DNA of 64,000 nt from an uncultured Alphaproteobacteria bacterium (GCA_963851215.1 CAWKOG010000017.1:345465-409464), one strand, 5' to 3'. Counted from the stretch's first letter, positions 36,624 to 47,474 are shown. Notes: generated from the sequence alone by a model not told the origin. A program made the numbers and translations.

Positions 36624-37577
36624 TCACGGGCAGGTGGTCAAGCCGCTGTAGCCCACAAGCGTATTCAACGTGTCCACATATCCGGGATCGGTGACAAAGG
36701 CCGTGCCCGCATAATTTGCTGGGCCATAGGCGGATCCCGGCTGAATCGAGTAGGCCGAGACATTGGCATCCGGGCTGCAGCCCGTGTTCTCCTGGGCGGC
36801 GAGCCAGGTGCTGAGCAGCACCGGCTTGTCGAACATGCCGGGGTCGATGACCATCGCCAGTACGAGCTTGGCGCCCCGGCAGCCTCTCAACCTAAGTCGC
36901 ACACGGATGAGCGGCGCCACGTGATACCACCAGGTGACGCAGCAGCCGCCCCATTTGTCGGCCTTCACGGCAAGCGTGTCGTTGCCTTGGTTCGCAAAGC
37001 TGAACACCTTTTCGCAACAATATCCGTAGCGCGTCGTGATGATCCGCCGCATCTGGTGCGCCCGCGCATAGCAGCCGTCGCGGACATATTGAAAGGGAAT
37101 GCAGGGCGGCACAGGGTATGGGCCGGGCAGATGGCAGGAGAGCTGCGCGCAAAAGTCAAAGATCTGCTTCGCCTTGGCGTAGTTCGGCACGATCTTTGTG
37201 CAGCGCCGGAAAGCCGGCCATTTCAGATAGGTATCGGCAAAGTTGAAAGTGGTCGGGTCGATCTTCCCGACCTGGATGCGCACCACCTTGTCCGGTTTTT
37301 CCAGCGGCACGCGCTTGCGCGTGTATTCTTCCAGCTCCCGCTTCGTCGGCTCGGACACGCGCTCGATCAGCCCGCGCCTGAGGTTCATCACGACCTTTAC
37401 GGGCCGGTTCCGGCCGCGCGCAGCCTTCAGGTAGCCTGACTTCCGCTCGTCCGAAGCAGCCTTCTCGGCAAGGGTGAATATCCGCTGCCGCTCGTTGAAA
37501 ATGTACTCGACGGGTCTGTTCTTGCCTCGGCGTATGGCCGCAACAGTCAGAATGCCGGTTTCACGTGCGGTGGTCAT
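36624..37577 (-). CDS. hypothetical Cys-rich protein (317 aa)
   Basis: ATG 37577 with GGAGGAGG RBS. The ORF-track 65-aa N-terminal extension is rejected. Cys-rich C-terminal half (…GYCCEKVFSF…WGGCCVTWWYHV…). Confidence 0.6.
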   Translation of the reverse strand: MTTARETGILTVAAIRRGKNRPVEYIFNERQRIFTLAEKAASDERKSGYLKAARGRNRPVKVVMNLRRGLIERVSEPTKRELEEYTRKRVPLEKPDKVVRIQVGKIDPTTFNFADTYLKWPAFRRCTKIVPNYAKAKQIFDFCAQLSCHLPGPYPVPPCIPFQYVRDGCYARAHQMRRIITTRYGYCCEKVFSFANQGNDTLAVKADKWGGCCVTWWYHVAPLIRVRLRLRGCRGAKLVLAMVIDPGMFDKPVLLSTWLAAQENTGCSPDANVSAYSIQPGSAYGPANYAGTAFVTDPGYVDTLNTLVGYSGLTTCP

Positions 37578-37857
37578 GATGCCTCCTCCACGTCGTTGTG
37601 TGATGGGCCGGTAAGCGCTTCTTACTGCTGTTGTGCGGTCCGGCCGGGAATATTGCAGGAAGTAGCCGCGGTATGATGATCCGGGCGACAGCTTCCTATG
37701 ATGCGCGCCATCGGCGCGGTCGAATGCCGGACAATACGCCGCATGCTCGGAACAGGGTGTGACTAATCTCACACCTCGCGAGTGGCCCGGTCACAGCGGG
37801 GTACGCCGCGTCTTGGCGGCTATCTTGAATATGCGAGCACGGTATCCCGTGAGCGAT

Positions 37858-38148
37858 CTATTCAATCCCGTCGACGAATACCGCATTGCCGACCGCGGCC
37901 TTCAGTCTGAGCGGCAGGATCGCCTGGTACTCCGGCGACCGGTACCAGCCCTCGGCGGCGGAGCGCGAGGCGAACTCGATAATCACCAGCCGCGGATGCG
38001 GCCATTCGCCTTCGACGACTGATATCGCGCCGCCCCGCACCACGAACTTCCCGCCATGGGCGGCGAGCGTCGGCATCACAAGCTTGCGGTATTCCGCAAA
38101 CATCGCCTCGTCCTTCACGGTCTCCTGGAAGATGCCGTAGGCTTTCAT
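37858..38148 (-). CDS. DUF1330-family protein
   Basis: ATG 38148 with AGGAGA RBS. 96 aa MKAYGIFQETVKDEAMFAEYRKLVMPTLAAHGGKFVVRGG…. Confidence 0.7.
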   Translation of the reverse strand: MKAYGIFQETVKDEAMFAEYRKLVMPTLAAHGGKFVVRGGAISVVEGEWPHPRLVIIEFASRSAAEGWYRSPEYQAILPLRLKAAVGNAVFVDGIE

Positions 38149-38225
38149 GTCATTCTCCTGTTGTCGGCTGGGTGAACATGCTTGCTTGCCCGACTGCTGC
38201 TTGCCAAGCCGCGCGGCATTCTGCC

Positions 38226-39101
38226 CTACCGCAATGTCGGATCCAGCTTGTCGCGCAGCCAGTCGCCCAAAAGGCTGATGGCCAGCGTCCCCAGGAAGAT
38301 CGTCGCGGCGGGGAAGATGGCGATCCACCAGGCGGTCAGCAGATAGTCGCGGCCGAAGCCCACCATGTTACCGAGGCTTGTCATCGGCGGCTGAATGCCG
38401 ACGCCCAGGAAACTCAATGAGGTCTCCAGTAGCACGATCTGCGGGAAGTTCAGCGTCATGGTGACGATCAGCGTGTTCGCGATGTTGGGAAGAATGTGCC
38501 GGACATAAATGCGCACGGGCCTGGCGCCCAGGGTATGCACGGCCACGGCATAGCCATGCGAAAGGGCAGACAGGGTCATGGCCCGCGTCAGCCGCGTGTA
38601 TCTTTCCCAGCCATAGATTCCCATCAGCCCGACGAAAAGCACGATGTTGCTGTTGAAGAAGGCGACAACGGCCAGGGCGAGGATGATGAACGGCAGCGCC
38701 GCCTGGAAATCCACCGCACCCATCACGACCTCGTCCACCCAGCCGCGGAAATGGGCCGACAGGAAACCCAGCCAGGTGCCGAGTATCGCGCTTATGATGC
38801 AGCCGAGCAGGGCCACGATCAGGCTGGTGCGGATGGAATGAATGAGCCGGCTCAGGACATCGCGGCCCAGTTCGTCGGTCCCCAGCATGTGCGCCAACGA
38901 ACCCTTCGGAAGCCAGGCCGGCGGCGCCAGGCGCGCGCGCAGATCGATGGCAGCGTAGTCATAGGGTGCGATCCAGCCCGCGAAGCAGGCCACCAGGACG
39001 AGCGCACCGACAATCAGCAAAGACAGCAGAATCAGGAAGGGGACGCGGCGGCGCTTGCGCCCCTGGACCTCGTCAGCCGGTATATTCACGTCGACGGCCA
39101 T
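38226..39101 (-). CDS. peptide/nickel (Dpp/Opp-type) ABC transporter permease, DppC-like
   Basis: ABC transmembrane type-1 domain with N-terminal DppC-type region. Start at MAVDVNIPADEV. Confidence 0.85.
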   Translation of the reverse strand: MAVDVNIPADEVQGRKRRRVPFLILLSLLIVGALVLVACFAGWIAPYDYAAIDLRARLAPPAWLPKGSLAHMLGTDELGRDVLSRLIHSIRTSLIVALLGCIISAILGTWLGFLSAHFRGWVDEVVMGAVDFQAALPFIILALAVVAFFNSNIVLFVGLMGIYGWERYTRLTRAMTLSALSHGYAVAVHTLGARPVRIYVRHILPNIANTLIVTMTLNFPQIVLLETSLSFLGVGIQPPMTSLGNMVGFGRDYLLTAWWIAIFPAATIFLGTLAISLLGDWLRDKLDPTLR

Positions 39102-39105
39102 GGCA

Positions 39106-40038
39106 TCACGTCTCCGCGCGCAATTGGCGGATCCGGGGATCGAGCCAGCCATAGGCCATGTCGACGGCGAAGTTCACCGTCACCATCGACAGCGCGATCA
39201 TCACCACGATGACCTGAACGACGGAGCTGTCGCGGTTCTGGACCGAGGATATCAGCAAGCGGCCGATGCCCGGCCAGGCGAAGACATTCTCGGTCACCAC
39301 GCCGCCGGCAATCAGGGAACCGACGAAGAATCCGACGATCGTCACCAGTGGAATGGCGGCATTCGGCAGCGCATGCCGGCGGACGGCGATGGGCCAGCGC
39401 AGACCCTTCGCCAGGGCCGTGCGCATGTAGGGACGCGACAGCACCTCCAGCATGGCCGAGCGGGTCAGCCGCGCGAAGACCGCCGCGTCGATCGTCGACA
39501 TGGTGACCACGGGCAGCACGTAATGCCGCCAGGTATCGCTGCCCGCGGTCGGCAGGACCCTCAAGGCGACAGAGAAGATCAGGATCAAGAAAATGCCGAT
39601 CACGAAACTCGGAATGCTGAACGCGGCGACGCCCATCGCCATGATGGCGCGGTCGCGCAGGCTGCCCCGATGCAAGGCGGCATAGATGCCGATCGGGATG
39701 CCGATGACGAGGGTCACCACGGCCGAAAGGCCCATGAGCTGCAGCGTCTTGGACAGGCGATCGAGCACGACCTCCAGCGCATCCTTGCCCTCCACTAGCG
39801 AGATGCCGAAGTTGCCGTGCAATAAGTCACCCAGATAGCGGAGATATTGTTGCCAGATCGGATCGTTCAGGCCCCATTTTTCGCGAAAGGCTTCGAGCGC
39901 CTCGAAGCCCGCATCGGTGCCCAGGATCTGAACCGCCGGGTCGCCCGACAGGCGCAGAATGATGAACACAAAGGTGACGATCGCCAGGATGGTCACGAAG
40001 GCGCGGGACAATTTTCTGGCGAGAAAGGCCCAGGGCAT
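39106..40038 (-). CDS. peptide/nickel ABC transporter permease, DppB-like
   Basis: Start MPWAFLARKLSRAFVTILAIVTFVFIIL (ATGA overlap with the upstream ATPase gene). The ORF-track N-terminal extension is non-coding. Confidence 0.85.
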   Translation of the reverse strand: MPWAFLARKLSRAFVTILAIVTFVFIILRLSGDPAVQILGTDAGFEALEAFREKWGLNDPIWQQYLRYLGDLLHGNFGISLVEGKDALEVVLDRLSKTLQLMGLSAVVTLVIGIPIGIYAALHRGSLRDRAIMAMGVAAFSIPSFVIGIFLILIFSVALRVLPTAGSDTWRHYVLPVVTMSTIDAAVFARLTRSAMLEVLSRPYMRTALAKGLRWPIAVRRHALPNAAIPLVTIVGFFVGSLIAGGVVTENVFAWPGIGRLLISSVQNRDSSVVQVIVVMIALSMVTVNFAVDMAYGWLDPRIRQLRAET

Positions 40039-41063
40039 CAGGCGATCTCGCCATGGGCAAGATGACAGGCAACGTCGTGGCTCTGCTTCACGGCCCGCAG
40101 GACCGGCTCCCGCTCCAGACAGAGCGGCGCGCAATGGCGGCAGCGTGGATTGAAGCGGCAGCCTGGCGGCAGGTTGACGGGGCTGGGCGGTTCGCCTTCC
40201 AGCAGGATGCGGTCGCGGCGCGCACCGGAACTCGGGATTGGGATCGCCGAGATCAGGGCCTTCGTATAGGGGTGCTGCGGATCGTCGAAGAGGGTCTTGG
40301 TGTCGGCAAGCTCGACGATCCTGCCGAGATACATGACGGCGACACGGTCGCACAGAAAGCGCACGATGCTGAGATCGTGGCTGATGAACAGGATGGTGAG
40401 GCCCAGTTCCACCCGCAGCTTCTGCAACAGCTTCACGACCTGGGCCTGGATGGAGACATCCAGCGCCGATATCGGCTCGTCGCAGAGAATGATGTCCGGC
40501 TCCAGGACCAGCGCACGGGCCAGCACCACCCGCTGTTGCTGTCCGCCGCTCAGCTCATGGGGGAACTTGGCGAAATGGCTCGTGCCCATGCCGACCGCGT
40601 CGAGAATACGCCGCGCCTTGTCCGCCCTCTCCCGCCCTGCGCCCAGTTCATGGATGGTCAGCGGCTCGATCACCTGATCGAGCACTTTCATGCGGGGGTC
40701 GAGAGCGCTCAGCGGGTCCTGGAAGACATACTGGATCTTCCGGCGCATCTGCCGCCATGCCGCCGCGGAAAGTTTGGTGAGCTCCGTATTGTTGAGCCGC
40801 ACGCTGCCGGACTGCGGTGGATGAATGTTGAGAATGGCCTTGGCGACCGATGATTTGCCGCAGCCGCTCTCGCCGACAATGCCGAGAACTTCGCCCTTGT
40901 TGATCCAGAACGAGACATCATCCACCGCCTTCACCGTCGGCCGCTGGCCGAACAGCCCGCTTCGGCTCAGCCGGAAATGCCGGCTCAGGCCCTCGACCGC
41001 CAGCAGCGGATCGCCGCCGATGGGCGATGAAGGATTGCCGGACACAGGCAATGCGGCGGTCAC
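40038..41063 (-). CDS. peptide/nickel ABC transporter ATP-binding protein, DppF-like
   Basis: Walker A GESGCGKSS, LSGGQQQRV, C-terminal oligopeptide-ATPase domain. Confidence 0.9.
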   Translation of the reverse strand: MTAALPVSGNPSSPIGGDPLLAVEGLSRHFRLSRSGLFGQRPTVKAVDDVSFWINKGEVLGIVGESGCGKSSVAKAILNIHPPQSGSVRLNNTELTKLSAAAWRQMRRKIQYVFQDPLSALDPRMKVLDQVIEPLTIHELGAGRERADKARRILDAVGMGTSHFAKFPHELSGGQQQRVVLARALVLEPDIILCDEPISALDVSIQAQVVKLLQKLRVELGLTILFISHDLSIVRFLCDRVAVMYLGRIVELADTKTLFDDPQHPYTKALISAIPIPSSGARRDRILLEGEPPSPVNLPPGCRFNPRCRHCAPLCLEREPVLRAVKQSHDVACHLAHGEIA

Positions 41064-42041
41064 GCGGCCTCGCCGGCGGGATTGAAGCAGGCCAGGCGAT
41101 GGCCCGCCTCATGCTCGCTGAGAGGCGGCACATGACGGCTGCAATCGCCTAGCATGCGGCTGCAACGCGGCGAGAAGGCGCAGCCTGGCGGCAGCGCCAG
41201 CGGCGGCGGCACCATTCCTTCGATGGGATGCAGCGCCGAGATGGTCTGGTCGATACGTGGCCGCGAATTCAGCAGTCCTACGGTGTAGGGATGGCGCGGC
41301 CGCAGGAAGAGGTCCGACACGCTGCCCATTTCGACAATGCGGCCGCAATACATCACCGCGACCACATCGCAAGTCTCCGCGATGACGCCGAGATCGTGGC
41401 TGATGAGGATGACCGTCATGCCGCGGCGGTCCCGCAGATCGAGGAGCAGGCGCAGGATCTGCGCCTGGATGGTGACGTCGAGCGCCGTCGTCGGCTCGTC
41501 GGCGATCAGCAACTGCGGATCGCCGGCCAGCATCATGGCGATGAGGGCGCGCTGGTTCATGCCGCCGGAAAGCTGATGCGGGAACTCGCGCAGGCGCCGC
41601 TCCGGGTCCGGCATCCGGACCTCCCGCAGTAAGCGGATCGCTTCGGCGCGGATTTCAGGCTCGGACCGAGCCGACTGGCCGTCAGGGGAACGGTTCAACC
41701 GAATCGCCTCGCAGAGTTGCCAGCCGATGCTGCGGACGGGATTCAGCGCCGCCGCCGGATCCTGAAAGATCATGGCGATCTTCCGGCCGCGCGCCCTGGT
41801 GATGGCGGCCTCGTCCAGAGCGAGCAGGTCGACATCGTCAAGCCAGGCCTTCCCGCCGATAGTCGGCGGACTTGCCCAGCAACTGCATCAACGCAAGGCA
41901 GGTGACGCTCTTGCCGCTGCCGCTTTCGCCGACGATGCCGAGGATCTGTCCCCGGTCGACTTGAAAATCGACCCCCTGGACGATCGGAATGCGATCGCCA
42001 GGGGGTCCGAAAGAGACAGTCAGATTTGAAACGCGAAACAT
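41060..42041 (-). pseudogene. peptide/nickel ABC transporter ATP-binding protein, DppD-like, split by a frameshift near 41870-41885
   Basis: N-terminal 67-aa ORF (41838..42041, Walker A GESGSGKSV) and C-terminal ORF (41060..41773, Q-loop [13 protein letters not shown], Walker B) are in different frames. The second frame is already DppD-like upstream of 41773 (…PPTIGGKAWLDDVDLLALDEAAITRARGRKIAMIFQDP). Confidence 0.6.
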
Positions 42042-42117
42042 CGCGATTGTCCGGCCGCAAAGCTGTGGTCCGATAGCCGAGCGGCGATCGAACCGCCTCC
42101 GGGACTACTGCCGCACA

Positions 42118-43662
42118 CTAGAAACTGAGGTTGCCGGCCCTGAAGTCCATGAAGGCGCGATTGGTCGGCGCCCAGTTCAAATCCTTCCGCTTTCCATAGA
42201 ACATCGTCAACTGGTGCAGATAGGTGCCCGGCGGATCCTGCTCGAAGACATCGAGCATCTTTGTAAAGGCCGCCTTGCGCGCCATCTTGTCGGTGGTGAA
42301 AAGCTCTTCGCCCAGCTTGTTGAATTCATCGCTCACCCACCAGCCCGGCGGCTGAACGTCGCCGTTCGGACCGAACAGGCGATAGACCTGCCCGATCGGA
42401 TCGGGGAAGTAGGCGCCGTTGGAGGAATTGATGATGCCGCGGCCCTCGTCGGACTCCTTGTCCTCGATCTGGCCCCAGTTCTCCTTCAGCTCGAGCTGGA
42501 TGTTGACGCCCACTTCCTTCCACATGGCCGCCAGGACCTGGGCGGTGGAAACCTCCGCCGTGTAGTAGTCCTGGAGGTAGCGGTAGGAGATCGGCTCGCC
42601 CTTATACCCGGCTTCTTGCAGCAGCGCCTTGGCCTTCTCGGGATCGTAGGCAACGGCCTTGTGCTCGGGGACGAACATGTCGCCGAACACATCCATCTGC
42701 ATGCCCTGAGGCACCTTCGTCTTGCCGCCATACAGCGAATCGACGATCAGCTGCCGATCGATGGCGGCGGCGAGAGCCTGGCGCACGCGCGGATCCTTCA
42801 GCACGGGATTGCGCGTGTCGAACAGGATGACGCGGATGTTGAGGATCGCCCCGCCGACCACCTCGGCATTCGGTTCGCCGTTGATCGCATCGATCTGATC
42901 CGGCGTGACCTCGGAGATGATGTCATACTCGCCGGTCATCAGGCCGGCGATCCGCGCCGCGAGCTCCGGCACCACTCTGAACGTCAGCGTATCCGCCGGC
43001 GCCTTGTCGCCCCAGTAGCCGTCGAACCGCTTGAACTTCTGGTACTCGCCGGGCTTGAACTCCACGAGCTGGTAAGGGCCGGTGCCGACGACGCTCAGGC
43101 CCCACTTCTCCCAGGTCTCCGCCGCCTTGAAGGCGTCGGCGCAGGGGATCTGGCTCATCCAGCTTGCCAGCCTGATCTCCAGCAGCGGGTCCGGCTTTTC
43201 CACTTCGACTCGGACAGTGTGGGAATCCACCGCCTTCACTGCGGAGATCGGGCCCAGGAACTGCTTGGCCAGCGCATTACCGGGCGCTTCCTTGCCCATA
43301 TAGCGCGCGGGACCGAACATGTATTCGACATCCTCGGCGTTGAACTCCTCGCCGTTATGGCACTGGACGCCCTCGCGGATCTTGAGGGTCAGCGCGCCAT
43401 CGCTTTCCAGAGTCCAGCTCTCCGCGAGGCCGGGACCGATCGCCCCCGTCTTTGGATCGATGCGCAATAGCGTCTCGATCAGATTGTTCGAGATGCGCTC
43501 GTTGACGTTGGAATTCGCCCCCATGGGATCGAGGGCCTTCGAGAGCGTGGTGACGCCGATGACGAGATCGCGGCCGGCGGCGTTTGCGCCGTCTACCGGC
43601 CAAAGCGCGCCCAGGATGGCCGCGGTGAAAATCGAAATGCGTAGGCTTTGTTTTGGGAACAT
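42118..43662 (-). CDS. ABC transporter substrate-binding protein, family 5 (DppA/OppA-like)
   Basis: 514 aa, signal peptide, SBP_bac_5-type sequence. Confidence 0.85.
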   Translation of the reverse strand: MFPKQSLRISIFTAAILGALWPVDGANAAGRDLVIGVTTLSKALDPMGANSNVNERISNNLIETLLRIDPKTGAIGPGLAESWTLESDGALTLKIREGVQCHNGEEFNAEDVEYMFGPARYMGKEAPGNALAKQFLGPISAVKAVDSHTVRVEVEKPDPLLEIRLASWMSQIPCADAFKAAETWEKWGLSVVGTGPYQLVEFKPGEYQKFKRFDGYWGDKAPADTLTFRVVPELAARIAGLMTGEYDIISEVTPDQIDAINGEPNAEVVGGAILNIRVILFDTRNPVLKDPRVRQALAAAIDRQLIVDSLYGGKTKVPQGMQMDVFGDMFVPEHKAVAYDPEKAKALLQEAGYKGEPISYRYLQDYYTAEVSTAQVLAAMWKEVGVNIQLELKENWGQIEDKESDEGRGIINSSNGAYFPDPIGQVYRLFGPNGDVQPPGWWVSDEFNKLGEELFTTDKMARKAAFTKMLDVFEQDPPGTYLHQLTMFYGKRKDLNWAPTNRAFMDFRAGNLSF

Positions 43663-43857
43663 GGAACGCCCCTCCTCCCTTGAATGCTGTTTTTGCCGAG
43701 GTAACGCACCGCCATCCTAGTCAGCCAATTTTCACCATTCAATCATTTTGTGATCGATGTTGATTATTTTGTGCGGGAACTGGCAGAATTTCTTTGTGGA
43801 TAATCATTGATCTGTCACATAATGATCGAGAATCGGCAACGGGATGCGCGGACAAGC

Positions 43858-44646
43858 ATGACCACAGGACAAAAACGGCAGCCAATTTCCAGGCGCAATT
43901 CGCTGCGCCGGGTGATGACCGTCCGCGGGACGGCCACCGTGGAAGAGCTTTGCGAGGAGCTCGGCGCCTCGCCCGCCACCATCCGCCGCGACCTGCTGGC
44001 GCTGGAGCAGGAGGGCGTCCTCGAGCGCGGCTATGGCGGCGCCACCATCCGCACGATCCGGCCGGCGGATGAGGATCTCGCCATCCGCGAGCAGCAGGAT
44101 GTCGAAGCGAAACGCGCGATCGCCCTGGCGACGATGCAGTTCATCAAGTCGGGCAGCACGGTGTTCCTCAATGACGGATCGACGATCACCGTCCTCGCCC
44201 AACAGATCGCCGCGTCTGATCTTGAGATCTATATCGTCACGCCCGCCGTCAACGTCGCCAATATCCTGGTGATGAATCCCAAGCTGACCGTCTGCCTGCT
44301 CGGCGGCTATGTGCGGCGCACTTCGCTGGCCACGGGCGGGCCTTTCACGGAATCGATGCTGGAGATGATCAGCGCCGATCTCGCCATCATCTCCTGCGAC
44401 GCGTTTTCGATGCGGGACGGCATGTGCTGGAACCATGCCGAGGATGCGGCCATCGCCCGGAAGATGACCGATCGCGCGGCCGAGACCATCGCCGTCATTA
44501 CAGGCACGAAGTTCGACCGCAGGGCGCGGATCTCCGGCGTCACCGCGTCGGATCTCGACATCGTCGTGACCGACAATGTGCGCCATGCGGCGGCGGCTAG
44601 GCTGGCGCAAGCGGACGTGCGGATCATCGAAGCAAGCGCGAACTGA
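43858..44646 (+). CDS. DeoR/GlpR-family transcriptional regulator
   Basis: HTH TVEELCEELGASPATIRRDLLALEQEGVLER, then a DeoR C-terminal sugar-binding domain. Start ATG 43858 (the track start 43807 is less likely). Confidence 0.8.
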   Translation: MTTGQKRQPISRRNSLRRVMTVRGTATVEELCEELGASPATIRRDLLALEQEGVLERGYGGATIRTIRPADEDLAIREQQDVEAKRAIALATMQFIKSGSTVFLNDGSTITVLAQQIAASDLEIYIVTPAVNVANILVMNPKLTVCLLGGYVRRTSLATGGPFTESMLEMISADLAIISCDAFSMRDGMCWNHAEDAAIARKMTDRAAETIAVITGTKFDRRARISGVTASDLDIVVTDNVRHAAAARLAQADVRIIEASAN

Positions 44647-44650
44647 GGGC

Positions 44651-45787
44651 ATGATGGATCACGGAGCCGAGGCACGCTTCAAACGGCTGATGCTGAAACA
44701 TGCCAACCCGCCGACCGAGCCGCCGCCGCTGGATTTAGCGCATGCCGCGCGGCTTCTGGAGCGCACGGCCAATGTGCCGTTCTTCGCCCATAGCTATTCG
44801 TTCTATCGCAGCATGGAGCATGGGTTTGCGCCCCGCGACCTCATGGACTTCGTCTACATCCACGACCTGCATGGCGCCTGCCTCCATCTCAATGACGGCG
44901 GTGACACTTCGGTCGGCAAGATGTCGGGAAAAGACCGGGAGGTATTCCGGCGCCAGCTCGAAGATCTGGGCTTGACGCTGCATCTGGAGATCAGCTCGAC
45001 CGAGCGCCCGGAGATCGACCGGGCTATCGACTGTGCCCGCGCACTGGGCGTTACCAACATCCGGGTCTATGCCCGGCACCAGGGCACGCTCGCCGAGGTG
45101 ATGGAAAGCGTCTATGCCGATCTCGCCTATGCCTGCGAACGCGCCAACAAGCTGGATCTGCAGTTCGACTACGAACAGCACGAGGACCTCAAGGCCGCGG
45201 AGATCGCCGCGATCCTGCAGCGTCTCGGCGACCGCCGCATGAATGCGCTGTTCGATTATTCCAATTCCCTCAACGCCTATGAGGAGCCGCTGGCCGCACT
45301 CCACATCCTGGCGCCCTATATCCGGCAGGTGCATATCAAGGGCGCCCGCAAGACCGTCGAGGGCAACGGCTGGGGCCAGATCGGCGTGCCCCAAGGTTGC
45401 GACGAGGACGAGCTGCCGGGTGCCAGGATGCTGCATGACCTGCTGATGCTGGGCGACGGGATACCGCAGGTGATCTGCTTTGCGCTGGAGCAGGAAGTAG
45501 ACTACTACGCGCCCGCCTTCCGACTGAAGGATGAACCGCGCGAACCGGTCATCCGCTACCGCGAGCCGAGCGAGACGCCGCAGGACAAGAGCAAATCAAC
45601 GGACCGCCTGATTGCCGACGAACGGCGGTGGGCGGTGCAGCAGTTGAACTGGAACCGCGCCTTGATCGCGACTTTTCGCGAGCTTGCTCTGCAAGTCGCG
45701 CCCGAAAAACGCGACCGCGATTTGCCGTCGGTCGTGAGTTTGCCGGAGACAAGCTACGCGATGAAGAATGTGACTCGGGTGGCTTGA
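44651..45787 (+). CDS. sugar-phosphate isomerase/epimerase (xylose-isomerase-like TIM barrel) family protein
   Basis: 378 aa from ATG 44651. TIM-barrel AP-endonuclease-2-like composition. Possibly co-regulated with the adjacent DeoR gene. Confidence 0.65.
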   Translation: MMDHGAEARFKRLMLKHANPPTEPPPLDLAHAARLLERTANVPFFAHSYSFYRSMEHGFAPRDLMDFVYIHDLHGACLHLNDGGDTSVGKMSGKDREVFRRQLEDLGLTLHLEISSTERPEIDRAIDCARALGVTNIRVYARHQGTLAEVMESVYADLAYACERANKLDLQFDYEQHEDLKAAEIAAILQRLGDRRMNALFDYSNSLNAYEEPLAALHILAPYIRQVHIKGARKTVEGNGWGQIGVPQGCDEDELPGARMLHDLLMLGDGIPQVICFALEQEVDYYAPAFRLKDEPREPVIRYREPSETPQDKSKSTDRLIADERRWAVQQLNWNRALIATFRELALQVAPEKRDRDLPSVVSLPETSYAMKNVTRVA

Positions 45788-45906
45788 AGCCGGCGGCGAC
45801 GCCGTGGACAGCGGCGCGGGCAGCGCTGCAATGCAACAGTCCGTACGGATTCGTACACAACTGAAAATTGACAATGCCACGATAGCGGCACTTAGAATCC
45901 CGCCAG

Positions 45907-46275
45907 ATGGTCGGGCCGATGCTGAAGAACTGCCGAATCATGATTGTCGAAGACGAGCCGGTGCTCGCGCTTGAACTCGTCTCGATTCTTGAGGATGAAG
46001 GCGCCATCGTCGTTGCAGTGGCGCAATGCGTGGCGTCAGCGCTCGACTCCGTACGCGAGTACTGGATCAACTGCGCGATTCTCGACATCGACCTGAACGG
46101 CGAAACCTCGTATCCCATCGCGGACGCGCTTTCAGAACTCAATTTGCCGTTTGCGTTTGTGACGGGTTACACGGAGTCCGAACCGCCACCGCGGCACATC
46201 CATCGGCCTGTCATCAACAAGCCGTTCAGTGCGACGCACGTAGTTGAGGCAGTCGCGGTCATGGCGTGGCGGTAA
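45907..46275 (+). CDS. single-domain response regulator (CheY-like receiver)
   Basis: IMIVEDEPVLALEL…CAILDIDLNGE… receiver motifs. Confidence 0.7.
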   Translation: MVGPMLKNCRIMIVEDEPVLALELVSILEDEGAIVVAVAQCVASALDSVREYWINCAILDIDLNGETSYPIADALSELNLPFAFVTGYTESEPPPRHIHRPVINKPFSATHVVEAVAVMAWR

Positions 46276-46435
46276 CAGTGAGGAGCGGCAGCCCATCGGA
46301 ACGTTTCACTGGGCCGTGAACAGCCGGGACAAGCTTTTCACGGTTGCTCAGGCTTCGGCTTCCATTCGCGTGCCTTCCGCTTAGCGTCTGCGATTTGTTT
46401 GGGATGTCATCTTGTTGGCAAAGCTATTGCGGAAT

Positions 46436-47049
46436 TTAGACCGCGTCTTTGAAACCAGCAACGGCCGCCAAGTCGCACCACATATGCGCAAGCACCAGGT
46501 CTTGCGGGACGCCGCGGCCGTTGGCGTACATGACGCAAAGGCCGGCCTGAGCTGCGCCAAATCCCTGATCGGCAGCCTTGCGATACCAGGACACCGCTTC
46601 ATTGTAATCCAGTGTCACGCCCTGGCCCTTCGCATACGCCACGCCAAGATTATGCTGGCATTGGACAAAACCTTGATCCGCAGATTTGCGCGCCCAACTT
46701 GCCGCTTCACTGTAGTCTCGTGGCACACCGAGACCAGAATAATAGGCGGTCGCAACGCGGCACTGGGCCTCTGCCAATCCCTGATCGGCAGCTTTGCGAT
46801 ACCAAGCTGTCGCTGTTCTTTGATCCTGGGGAACGCCCTGACCGGTGGAATACATCGCACCAAGCGCGTTCTGGGCCGCGGCATTGCCCTTTTCGGCAAG
46901 ACGGCGGCACGCGGATACCGCCTTGGAAGCGTCATTGGCGATTAGTGCGTTTGCATTGGCGCAATCTTCGAAATCGCCAGCCAAGGCTGATGTTGACCAA
47001 GCGGCTATCGCCATCGCGGCGGAGAACGCAAAGGGTATTATGAGTTTCA
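46436..47049 (-). CDS. Sel1-repeat (TPR-like) secreted protein
   Basis: Multiple Sel1 repeats (AQNALGAMYSTGQGVPQD, AEAQCRVATAYYSGLGVPRD, …). Likely GTG start 47049, giving signal peptide MKLIIPFAFSAAMAIAAWSTSALAG. Confidence 0.7.
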
Positions 47050-47194
47050 CTGGCCGATGCGCTTTGTTTCTGCCGCCCAAATGCGCTTCAACTCCGGCAC
47101 GCCATTGCCGCCCCAGTCCGGCAGGGCATCGGGGAGAGCTGGATCCCGTTGAGAAACCGTTCTGGGACAACGTTCCTCCAGCCCGCCCCGATCT

Positions 47195-47259
47195 ATTGCT
47201 ATTTGATTTTACTGGCGACCCCACGGGGATTCGAACCCCGGTTTGCGCCGTGAGAGGGC
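47195..47259 (-). repeat. direct repeat of the 3' end of tRNA-Glu (47 nt identical to 50145..50191, plus ~18 nt of flanking similarity), att-site-like
   Basis: TGGCGACCCCACGGGGATTCGAACCCCGGTTTGCGCCGTGAGAGGGC occurs at 47213..47259 and again in the intact tRNA-Glu gene. The upstream half of the tRNA is missing here. Confidence 0.6.
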
Positions 47260-47474
47260 AAATCAGAGCCATTTCCGGACGCCACGGGACACCCTAGGAC
47301 CATGCGCATGCTGACCAAATAACGTGCACGGAACCTTTGCACTCAAAATCGGCTTGAATATAGATGTGTACGATAACGTACAATTCGAGGACGCTCGGCC
47401 AAGGCCGATAGCTCAAGGGTCGCGATTGACGCGACGGCGTGCTCCACCCCGATCCATCGTGGGAGGGCCGCGTT

